From assembly GCF_001017655.1 (NCBI RefSeq), contig NZ_CP010904.1, positions 2,340,001 through 2,372,000 of the forward strand: 32,000 nt of DNA, given 5' to 3'. Numbering within the stretch: position 1 is the stretch's first letter; every line of letters starts with the position of its first letter. The notes below the pieces were generated by a model. The model saw nothing but the letters and a program-made list of their open reading frames with translations, did not search any database and was not told the DNA's origin. The stretch comes from Kiritimatiella glycovorans (GTDB taxonomy: Bacteria > Verrucomicrobiota > Kiritimatiellia > Kiritimatiellales > Kiritimatiellaceae). Shown here piece by piece: positions 1 through 7,439 of this stretch. A program made the translations under genes and the position numbers.

Positions 1-256
1 CGAGCGTCAGAACGTCAGATGAGTACTTGCGCACGCTTTCTCGGCGGAGGATGGCTTCGCCCATCGACAGGCAGCTCAACCGAGCCAATGCCGTTGCCCC
101 GTCCGGCACATCGATGCGCGTCGCATCCGGAGGGCAAGGCTTTTGTAGAGGCGGGGCAGGCAAGCGCTGGTTCTGGTCCGTACGAGAGAAATCGATCTCT
201 AGCCGAATGGAGTCCTTGAGAAAGGTTCGGTTTGCTGTGAAACGGTCGTTCGACAT
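1..256 (-). CDS. 5' part of a second copy of the SagB/ThcOx-type nitroreductase gene (partial; continues beyond the window start)
   Basis: Identical to 1170..1425, the 5' end of the 730..1425 gene. The start codon maps to 254..256 (1425 minus 1169). Confidence 0.6.
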   Translation of the reverse strand, partial: MSNDRFTANRTFLKDSIRLEIDFSRTDQNQRLPAPPLQKPCPPDATRIDVPDGATALARLSCLSMGEAILRRESVRKYSSDVLTL

Positions 257-505
257 GCGGTCAATACCTCTCTATGGCAACCCATCCTACGGGCACGTTA
301 CAGTGTTACGCCTCACCGGACTTGGACGCAAGGCGGCGGGTGAGGCAGCGGGTCTGATAACCCTTTCTAATTCTTCATTTAAACAGAAATTCGCGCTTAA
401 AACTCCGTTTTTGGGGCCATAACTGACCCCCTAAGACAAAACAAGCGATTTCAACGCACGCTTACTCATTCTCTTTGAACCGCTTACGGGGGTCAGACCC
501 CGCCT
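1..505. repeat. Copy A of a 505-bp perfect direct repeat (= 1170..1674, offset 1169 bp). Its left limit is unknown because it runs off the window.
   Basis: ORF-track proteins 19..219 and 27..422 are letter-identical to the tail of 876..1388 and to 1196..1591. I read 423..505 against 1592..1674 base by base. The copies diverge at 505|506 versus 1674|1675. Confidence 0.9.
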
Positions 506-729
506 CTCCCGTACCGTCATGTCTCGGGGTCGTCATGTCTGATCCATTGGTTTCAGTATCTTCGTCAGGGGTTCTTTCAGAGCAACCCGACCCGCACCCC
601 AGCACAGGAGCAACAGCACCGATATCGCCACCCGGCTTGTTGGCGACTCTCTCACTGATCCGCTTGTTTCCGCTTTCCGACAGGCGCAATGTAGATGGTG
701 AACTCTTCCTCTCCGTCGACTCCCAGGAG

Positions 730-1425
730 TTAGTCGCACGCGTGTTGGTCATACGCGGCGATGGCACAGGTTCCGGCACCCAGGCTCACGCAAGCTAGGT
801 AGAGGTTCTGGCAGACGTGCCCGGCATCGAGAGCGATCACCTTGTGGGCTGCCAGGCCGTAGCGCCATTCCATGCGTGCAGGAACAGCTGTCCAGAAGAA
901 CGTCACGGCGGCATTTGCGACGAAGCCTTGGTTCAGGCAAGAGGATGCTGCGCTGCGACCGATCTGCGGGTCGGAAGCCAGTTGTGCCAATTGGCCGTCG
1001 AAGGGTAAATAGCGGTAAATGCCGGGAGTCAGGCCTTCAACCCGATCCACCGCCAAGTAGGTTTCGAAGGCATGTCTCGAGCCCGCGGAGGGCACGACAC
1101 GCAATGCGCACTCCGGGCTCAACACCGTTCGGACGCCTTGTGTCGCCCACAGGAGGGCGGCCAGTTCCTCGAGCGTCAGAACGTCAGATGAGTACTTGCG
1201 CACGCTTTCTCGGCGGAGGATGGCTTCGCCCATCGACAGGCAGCTCAACCGAGCCAATGCCGTTGCCCCGTCCGGCACATCGATGCGCGTCGCATCCGGA
1301 GGGCAAGGCTTTTGTAGAGGCGGGGCAGGCAAGCGCTGGTTCTGGTCCGTACGAGAGAAATCGATCTCTAGCCGAATGGAGTCCTTGAGAAAGGTTCGGT
1401 TTGCTGTGAAACGGTCGTTCGACAT
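730..1425 (-). CDS. Nitroreductase-family protein (SagB/ThcOx-like dehydrogenase). It ends at an in-frame TAA, but the family-like reading continues to 652.
   Basis: 231-aa ORF with the motifs RESVRKYS, PSAGSRHAFETYL and LDAGHVCQNLYLA. After the TAA at 730..732 the same frame reads LLGVDGEEEFTIYIAPVGKRKQADQ, then TGA at 652..654. Confidence 0.8.
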   Translation of the reverse strand: MSNDRFTANRTFLKDSIRLEIDFSRTDQNQRLPAPPLQKPCPPDATRIDVPDGATALARLSCLSMGEAILRRESVRKYSSDVLTLEELAALLWATQGVRTVLSPECALRVVPSAGSRHAFETYLAVDRVEGLTPGIYRYLPFDGQLAQLASDPQIGRSAASSCLNQGFVANAAVTFFWTAVPARMEWRYGLAAHKVIALDAGHVCQNLYLACVSLGAGTCAIAAYDQHACD

Positions 1426-1674
1426 GCGGTCAATACCTCTCTATGGCAACCCATCCTACGGGCACGTTACAGTGTTACGCCTCACCGGACTTGGACGCAA
1501 GGCGGCGGGTGAGGCAGCGGGTCTGATAACCCTTTCTAATTCTTCATTTAAACAGAAATTCGCGCTTAAAACTCCGTTTTTGGGGCCATAACTGACCCCC
1601 TAAGACAAAACAAGCGATTTCAACGCACGCTTACTCATTCTCTTTGAACCGCTTACGGGGGTCAGACCCCGCCT
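1170..1674. repeat. Copy B of the 505-bp direct repeat. It includes the 249-bp region between the nitroreductase start and the first CRISPR repeat.
   Basis: See copy A. The right end coincides with the first base before CRISPR repeat 1 (1675). Confidence 0.9.
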
Positions 1675-2498
1675 CAAATAATTGACCTCCAATGGCCGAT
1701 CAGATACGTTTAGTCCTTCTGCGATAGGTGAAGCAAGAAGCTGTAATTGACCTCCAATGGCCGATCAGATACGTTGATCAGCACCAACGTGCCGGAAGGT
1801 GCAAGCTGTAATTGACCTCCAATGGCCGATCAGATACGTTACGGGATCGGTCACGCCCCGCCGATAATGCGCTGTAATTGACCTCCAATGGCCGATCAGA
1901 TACGTTCACGTTTCCATAACGTCGCTGTATCAGCGAGCTGTAATTGACCTCCAATGGCCGATCAGATACGTTGAACACGGGCGACCGGAACACGGGCAAC
2001 TGGCTGTAATTGACCTCCAATGGCCGATCAGATACGTTTCATACGATCCATGCCAGTTGTGCCGGGACGCTGTAATTGACCTCCAATGGCCGATCAGATA
2101 CGTTTTGCAAGGGTCATGGCACCGCGAACCAATGCTGTAATTGACCTCCAATGGCCGATCAGATACGTTGAGTCGTTTGAGTACGTGATGGAGCACCTGC
2201 TGTAATTGACCTCCAATGGCCGATCAGATACGTTTGCAAACGGTGTGAGCGACGCGACGCCAAGGCTGTAATTGACCTCCAATGGCCGATCAGATACGTT
2301 AAAAAAGTTGCGTTCGGGGGTTGACTTACCGCTGTAATTGACCTCCAATGGCCGATCAGATACGTTCTCTGCTTCGACAACATTGAGCAGCCCTTTGCTG
2401 TAATTGACCTCCAATGGCCGATCAGATACGTTCTTCCCTCCGGTTTTGCCGTGCTTCTAGGGGCTGTAATTGACCTCCAATGGTTGATCAGATACGTT
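1675..2498 (+). CRISPR. CRISPR array, cas-distal segment: 13 repeats of 36 nt and 12 intact spacers of 29-30 nt
   Basis: Repeats start at 1675, 1740, 1805, 1871, 1937, 2003, 2069, 2134, 2199, 2265, 2331, 2397 and 2463. Repeat 1 differs in its first 4 nt (CAAA instead of GCTG). Repeat 13 has CC>TT at repeat positions 22-23. The plus strand is assigned as the crRNA sense from tracrRNA complementarity. Confidence 0.97.
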
Positions 2499-2692
2499 CT
2501 GACAGGCTCCGACTCGTCAACGACAACTACATGGCCCCGTCGGCGACAACTACACTTCCCCATGTTGACGGGGCTGGTGGGCCCCGGGTTTCCGGGGTTT
2601 GAGGGCGATGGGCCGATAGGCCCGAGCCTTCCCCCTCCCACCCCGCAGGGGCACCCCCCATGGGGGGTGCGCGATTCTCACAATTGCGATTT

Positions 2693-3448
2693 TCATCGTT
2701 TTCGATTCCGTTCGCCCGCCTTCCGGGCGCGGTAACTTTCGCCGTTGAGTTCCAGGATAGTGGAATGATGCACCACCCGATCAATGGCCGCCGCAGTAGT
2801 CATCGGGTCCTTGAAGATCTTGTCCCACTCACTGAAGACCAAGTTGGATGAGATCATCAGGCTGCGCCGCTCGTATCTCTCGGACAGGAAGGTGAACAAC
2901 ACCTCCATTTCCTCACGGCTCTGCTGCACGTAACCGATGTCATCGAGGATGACCACCTCGAAGCGGTCGAGCTTCTTCAGCAGCGCTTCGATCGCCAAGT
3001 CGCGCTTGGCGGTGAGTAGCTTCTGCACCAGGTGGAACGCCGTGGTAAACAACACCGTCGTGCCGTGTCGCAGCACCAGTTCGCGCCCGATCGCGGTCAG
3101 CAGATGCGTCTTGCCGCGGCCGGGTAAGCCGAACGCCAGGACGTTCTCGGCCCGTTCGACGAAACCGCCGTCCACCAGCGCCGGGATCTGACGCTGCACC
3201 TTGGTCGGAAGCAGCTTCAGGTTCAGCGTGTCCAGCGACTTGCCGTCGGGCAGGCCGGAGCGTTTCAGCAGCCGCTGCGTGCGCCGTTCGCCCCGCGCAT
3301 GCAGTTCGCTCTCCATCACCGCGGCCAGGTAGCGCTCGTACGTCCACTGTTCCTGCGTGGCCTCCGCAGCCAGTCGCTCGTATTCGTTCAACACGTCCGG
3401 CAACCGGAGGGCACGCAATGTCATGGCCAGAGAGGCGGGCGTGGTCAT
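2693..3448 (-). CDS. istB: IS21-family helper ATPase IstB
   Basis: Walker A GLPGRGKTHL and Walker B VVILDDIGY. The ATG at 3446..3448 is preceded by GGAGGAGG and overlaps the istA TGA (ATGA). The ORF track starts 2 codons earlier at a GTG. Confidence 0.93.
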   Translation of the reverse strand: MTTPASLAMTLRALRLPDVLNEYERLAAEATQEQWTYERYLAAVMESELHARGERRTQRLLKRSGLPDGKSLDTLNLKLLPTKVQRQIPALVDGGFVERAENVLAFGLPGRGKTHLLTAIGRELVLRHGTTVLFTTAFHLVQKLLTAKRDLAIEALLKKLDRFEVVILDDIGYVQQSREEMEVLFTFLSERYERRSLMISSNLVFSEWDKIFKDPMTTAAAIDRVVHHSTILELNGESYRARKAGERNRKR

Positions 3449-4938
3449 GCGCACACCTCCTCCGGCGCCAGCAGTTCGTCATAGGCGGCCAGATCCACCG
3501 GCAACGGCGCATGCTCCGACAACGTCGGCATCGGACGCGGACACGCCGAAAGCACCACGTCCAGGCGCGGGATCTCCCCGCGGTCGCGCAAGCCGCACAG
3601 TGCCGCTTCCACCTCACATTCCATCGTGGTGGCCGCGTGCTTGAGGATCTGCAGGTATTCCCGTTCCGCAGTCCGATCGTTGACCGCCGCGCACAGTGTC
3701 TCGTACGCCCACTGGAACGCGGAGGACGGAAACAGGTCAGCACGGAACCGGTAGTTCCGGAACGCCCCGGGCTTGCGCACCAATGAACCGATCACATGGC
3801 GATAGTTGATGTGGTGCGCGTGTTCATCCCGCAGCCATGGCGCAGTGAGCTGGCGCACGCCCCCGTAGAACACCTCGATGTGTTCCGCGTAGCGATGCAC
3901 CGTCACCGTGTACCCGATCAGCCGGCTGGGTACCGAGTAGATCCGGCGCTTCACGTTGATAGTGCCCCAACTGCGTACAACGCACCGATACTCCGTGTAT
4001 TCCGGCAGCCGGTCCACGTCGAGCGCCCGCATGTGTTTGAACTCTTCGGCCAGGCGGACGCGCCGCGTCTCGTTCACCCGCTGAAGCACGCCATGAAGGA
4101 ACTGCTCATACGCCGCCCGGCTGGCGAAGTCCCGCGACCCGCGCAACAACAGGTGTTGCTCGATCCGACGCTTCAGGGCGCCGTTCAGCGACTCCACATC
4201 CCCGTTCTCATGGGGACTGTCCACTTGGATCAGACGGGGAACCATCTCGAAGTGATCCATCAGCTCCAGGTAGGCGCGGTTGTACGCCCGCGGTTCTCCG
4301 CTGGCCTCCGCCGGCCGGTGGGTCGCTGCGCTCGAATGATCCATCCAGTGCTCCGCCGGCACACGGCCCAGCCGCGTCAGCGCGTTCTGAATCCCCGTAC
4401 GCAGCGCCACCAGGCTTTCGCTATGGCAGATGCTGGCCCATTCCCAGTTCGAGTAGGTCAGCACGTTGTGACACAACTGGTGGTCGAACGGTTCCCCGGC
4501 GATCGTGATCCCCAGCCGGTCCATGTGCGTGAAGTCTGTGGACATCCGCACGCCCGGCCGGTGCTCCTGCGCGAAGTACACCTCCTGCTCGGGCCCCGAA
4601 AGCGCTCGCCATTCACGTACCCGCCGCTGAAACGTCCGCAGTTGACCCTCCTGATACTTACCCGCCCGCTCCCGGCACAGCCACTCGAACACCGTCTTGG
4701 CCTCCAGCTCCGGGCAGCCCTCGAACATCAGTCGGCACTCTTCCCAGTCCTCCGCGAACGGGTCCTCCCGGGTACGCCACCTGCGCTCAACCGGCATCTC
4801 TGAGGGCAGTTTCCCGCACCTCAGGTACTTCTGCGCCGTCTTACGGTCCAGATCGGCCCGCAACGCAGCCTTGGACACGTTCCCTGTCCTTTCGTATTCT
4901 TCCATCAGCTTCCTCACTTTCCGGTCCGGGGTGACCAT
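3445..4938 (-). CDS. istA: IS21-family transposase IstA
   Basis: 497-aa ORF with an N-terminal HTH-like region and a DDE-type integrase core, lying upstream of and overlapping istB. AAGGAGG is present upstream of the ATG. Confidence 0.93.
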   Translation of the reverse strand: MVTPDRKVRKLMEEYERTGNVSKAALRADLDRKTAQKYLRCGKLPSEMPVERRWRTREDPFAEDWEECRLMFEGCPELEAKTVFEWLCRERAGKYQEGQLRTFQRRVREWRALSGPEQEVYFAQEHRPGVRMSTDFTHMDRLGITIAGEPFDHQLCHNVLTYSNWEWASICHSESLVALRTGIQNALTRLGRVPAEHWMDHSSAATHRPAEASGEPRAYNRAYLELMDHFEMVPRLIQVDSPHENGDVESLNGALKRRIEQHLLLRGSRDFASRAAYEQFLHGVLQRVNETRRVRLAEEFKHMRALDVDRLPEYTEYRCVVRSWGTINVKRRIYSVPSRLIGYTVTVHRYAEHIEVFYGGVRQLTAPWLRDEHAHHINYRHVIGSLVRKPGAFRNYRFRADLFPSSAFQWAYETLCAAVNDRTAEREYLQILKHAATTMECEVEAALCGLRDRGEIPRLDVVLSACPRPMPTLSEHAPLPVDLAAYDELLAPEEVCA

Positions 4939-5057
4939 CGGCCCTCCTTTCTTTCCAAAAAGAGAGCCTCCAGCACCCCCGGTTAGTGGGGAAGTCTAAT
5001 TGTCGTCACTGGGGAAGTGTAATTGTCGCTGCGCACTCCGACAGTTCCGACAGGCTC

Positions 5058-6146
5058 GCTGTAATTGACCTCCAATGGCCGATCAGATACGTTCGACCCT
5101 ACCAAGGCCACCATGGGTGAGTGCTGTAATTGACCTCCAATGGCCGATCAGATACGTTCAATATATATATATACTGACAACTCCGACAGCTGTAATTGAC
5201 CTCCAATGGCCGATCAGATACGTTGAGGAGTTGACGACGTGACCGTGAGTGATTGCTGTAATTGACCTCCAATGGCCGATCAGATACGTTGGTATGTATG
5301 GCATAGGCGATTGCATTTATGCTGTAATTGACCTCCAATGGCCGATCAGATACGTTAGATCGGCTCGTCCATGACGCGGCGTGTGAGCTGTAATTGACCT
5401 CCAATGGCCGATCAGATACGTTGGGTACCGGGTTTTTTGTTGCGGAGGATGAGCTGTAATTGACCTCCAATGGCCGATCAGATACGTTGAGCGTAGCCGG
5501 GGACAAGTCGCACAGTCCGCTGTAATTGACCTCCAATGGCCGATCAGATACGTTAAACGGAGGAACAGAGATGAGTATCACAATGCTGTAATTGACCTCC
5601 AATGGCCGATCAGATACGTTCAACGCCGAGGAATCTGACATCGGTCGGGGCTGTAATTGACCTCCAATGGCCGATCAGATACGTTTTGGCGATGGCGGCG
5701 CGTTTCAGGTGCCACGCTGTAATTGACCTCCAATGGCCGATCAGATACGTTCAAGTCAAATCGGTGGTGGCTGACAAGTCGCTGTAATTGACCTCCAATG
5801 GCCGATCAGATACGTTGGACTATGGTGACGGATGGATTATGTACGCGCTGTAATTGACCTCCAATGGCCGATCAGATACGTTGAACCGCTTGTGCACGCC
5901 TACCGGCAAGTCGCTGTAATTGACCTCCAATGGCCGATCAGATACGTTTGTAGGGCGTTGCAGTGAGTCCAACACATGGCTGTAATTGACCTCCAATGGC
6001 CGATCAGATACGTTAGCCCGACCGTCACGGGTACAAGTGCGGCCGCTGTAATTGACCTCCAATGGCCGATCAGATACGTTACGGCAACAGCGACGGAATG
6101 CGCTGGAACGGCTGTAATTGACCTCCAATGGCCGATCAGATACGTT
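5058..6146 (+). CRISPR. CRISPR array, cas-proximal segment: 17 identical 36-nt repeats and 16 intact spacers
   Basis: Repeats start at 5058, 5123, 5189, 5255, 5321, 5387, 5453, 5519, 5585, 5650, 5716, 5781, 5847, 5913, 5979, 6045 and 6111. The repeat is the same as in 1675..2498. Confidence 0.98.
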
Positions 6147-6151
6147 GGAAG

Positions 6152-6186
6152 CCCCTTTAAGTTGTTGAGCTTAAAGGGGTTTTTCT
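6152..6186 (+). terminator. Intrinsic terminator-like hairpin between the last repeat and the cas2 stop
   Basis: CCCCTTTAAG (6152..6161), 8-nt loop, CTTAAAGGGG (6170..6179), followed by TTTTTCT on the plus strand. This is the right place to stop plus-strand array transcripts before they run antisense into cas2. Confidence 0.6.
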
Positions 6187-6198
6187 ATGATAAGATTG

Positions 6199-6504
6199 CT
6201 ATAAAAACTCAAGCTGTGCAGGGGCGGGTTCGGTTTTTTCGCGTTTTTTCCCGCAGTAGACCTCCATTTTTCCGAATTGTTTGTCGGTTAACGAAAGGAT
6301 GCGGATTTGTCCTTCATCCGGAAGATGCGAACTGATTCTCTTGCGGTGAACTTTTGCCACGTCTTCACTGGCGCAATAACGGGCATAGACCGAGTATTGC
6401 AACATACAAAAACCGTCTTTCAGCAGAAGGATGCGAAAGCGCGTGGCTTTTTGACGTTGCCGTTTGGTAACAACCGGCAAGTCAAAAAGTGCGATCATCC
6501 ACAC
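6199..6504 (-). CDS. cas2: CRISPR-associated endoribonuclease Cas2
   Basis: 101 aa, with the motif LQYSVYARY, immediately downstream of cas1 and adjacent to the array. Confidence 0.92.
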   Translation of the reverse strand: MWMIALFDLPVVTKRQRQKATRFRILLLKDGFCMLQYSVYARYCASEDVAKVHRKRISSHLPDEGQIRILSLTDKQFGKMEVYCGKKREKTEPAPAQLEFL

Positions 6505-6524
6505 GCCGCGATATTCCGATAGGT

Positions 6525-7439
6525 TCAGACGCCTTCTTCTCTTTCAAGGAACATCGGCAAAAGAAGTTTTTTCTGTCTGCCCTGGAAAACATCGATCAGA
6601 GAGTTTGCAGATATGGTTGCGAGATCAAAAAGAGTTCGAAATTCTCCTTTGAATCGATACCGTTCCAACAGCGGTCTGATCAGCTCGCCCTTGGTTTCAG
6701 GTGTTAATTCCGGCGGTGCTTGGCCGAAGCTTTTAACGATCGTTTCGGCGGCCCGGTCCACAATGGGTCGGAACGGTTCCATCAAGTCGTCCGCCAGACA
6801 AAAACTGTTTTGCCGATTGTGATGGAAAATCCCCAGAGCCGGATAAAGCCCCGCTCCGCAAATACCTCGGCTGATTATTGCGCGAAGGACGGCGTATCCA
6901 TAGTTGAGCAGGTTATTGGGAGGCTCACCGTACCGGTTACGGTGAAACGGGCGGCCGAAAAGATGTCGCCAATATATTTTGGCGGCGCGCGCTTCCCGGT
7001 TGTCGGAATCGCCGGAGCGGACTTCTTTCTGAAGGCGGTCAAGGCCGTAGTCCCTGTTGTGCAGCTTTTTCAGAAGGGTGGACTGTTCGCGGATTTTTGC
7101 GCAGACAATCTGTTTCCACAGTTGTTTCTTTGCAGGCTGGGATGCCCCCGCTTGTATTGCTGCCCGTTCCGCCTGAAGTGAGTGCCCGCCCAGGGGTAGA
7201 CACATGCCGGAAGGCTGGTGTTTGTCATCACATACAATCAGTCCCGCTCCGTGTTTTGACAGACCGGTTAAAACAGGGTGCGTGTAGGTGGTTTGAGCGT
7301 TTGAAACAACCAGAATGGCGATGTCTTCCAGAGGAACCGTTTTTTCTTTGTCTTGACCCCGCTGCCGGATAACCAGCTGTTCATGGCGGATACTCAATGA
7401 CGTTCCCTCTTTCGAGACATCTAGAATCCGGTTAGTCAT
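6525..7439 (-). CDS. cas1: CRISPR-associated integrase Cas1 (type II)
   Basis: 304 aa with the motifs NNLLNYGYAVLRA and GIFHHNRQNSFCLADDLMEPFRP. The start overlaps the cas9 stop by 8 nt (ATGACTAA). Confidence 0.95.
   Translation of the reverse strand: MTNRILDVSKEGTSLSIRHEQLVIRQRGQDKEKTVPLEDIAILVVSNAQTTYTHPVLTGLSKHGAGLIVCDDKHQPSGMCLPLGGHSLQAERAAIQAGASQPAKKQLWKQIVCAKIREQSTLLKKLHNRDYGLDRLQKEVRSGDSDNREARAAKIYWRHLFGRPFHRNRYGEPPNNLLNYGYAVLRAIISRGICGAGLYPALGIFHHNRQNSFCLADDLMEPFRPIVDRAAETIVKSFGQAPPELTPETKGELIRPLLERYRFKGEFRTLFDLATISANSLIDVFQGRQKKLLLPMFLEREEGV

Larger units (their letters stand above)
2514..5035 (-). mobile_element. IS21-family insertion sequence (2522 bp) inserted in a CRISPR spacer. 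The 7-bp TSD CTCCGAC lies at 2507..2513 and 5036..5042.
   Basis: Contains an istA/istB pair. Terminal multi-repeat motifs are CGACAACTACATGGCCCC (2521..2538) and CGACAACTACACTTCCCC (2544..2561) on the left, and their inverted counterparts GGGGAAGTCTAATTGTCG (4988..5005) and GGGGAAGTGTAATTGTCG (5011..5028) on the right. Spacing is 23 bp on both sides, and the outer motif is 7 nt from each proposed terminus. Confidence 0.88.

Noticed and set aside
1778-2641. ORF-track proteins with the recurring peptides NVSDRPLEVNYS / TYLIGHWRSITA (also at 5099..6128 and 5602..6335)
   Set aside because: They are translations of the 36-nt CRISPR repeat in different frames, not genes.
2940-4803. Long ORFs overlapping the ist genes in other frames or on the other strand (2940..3743 minus, 3796..4803 plus)
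   Set aside because: They are Arg/Pro/Ala-rich shadow ORFs typical of high-GC DNA that overlap well-supported istA/istB.
2501-5057. GACAGGCTC (2501..2509 and 5049..5057) as the IS21 target-site duplication
   Set aside because: It would leave an 11-nt spacer and asymmetric IS ends. CTCCGAC as the TSD gives a 30-nt spacer and termini symmetric with respect to the terminal repeats. The 9-mer duplication is internal to the original spacer.
1675-6146. Array transcribed from the minus strand together with cas9-cas1-cas2
   Set aside because: The anti-repeat would then have to be read on the minus strand at 10560..10522 and would run directly into the cas9 start, with no nexus, hairpins or terminator. 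The plus-strand reading gives a canonical tracrRNA.
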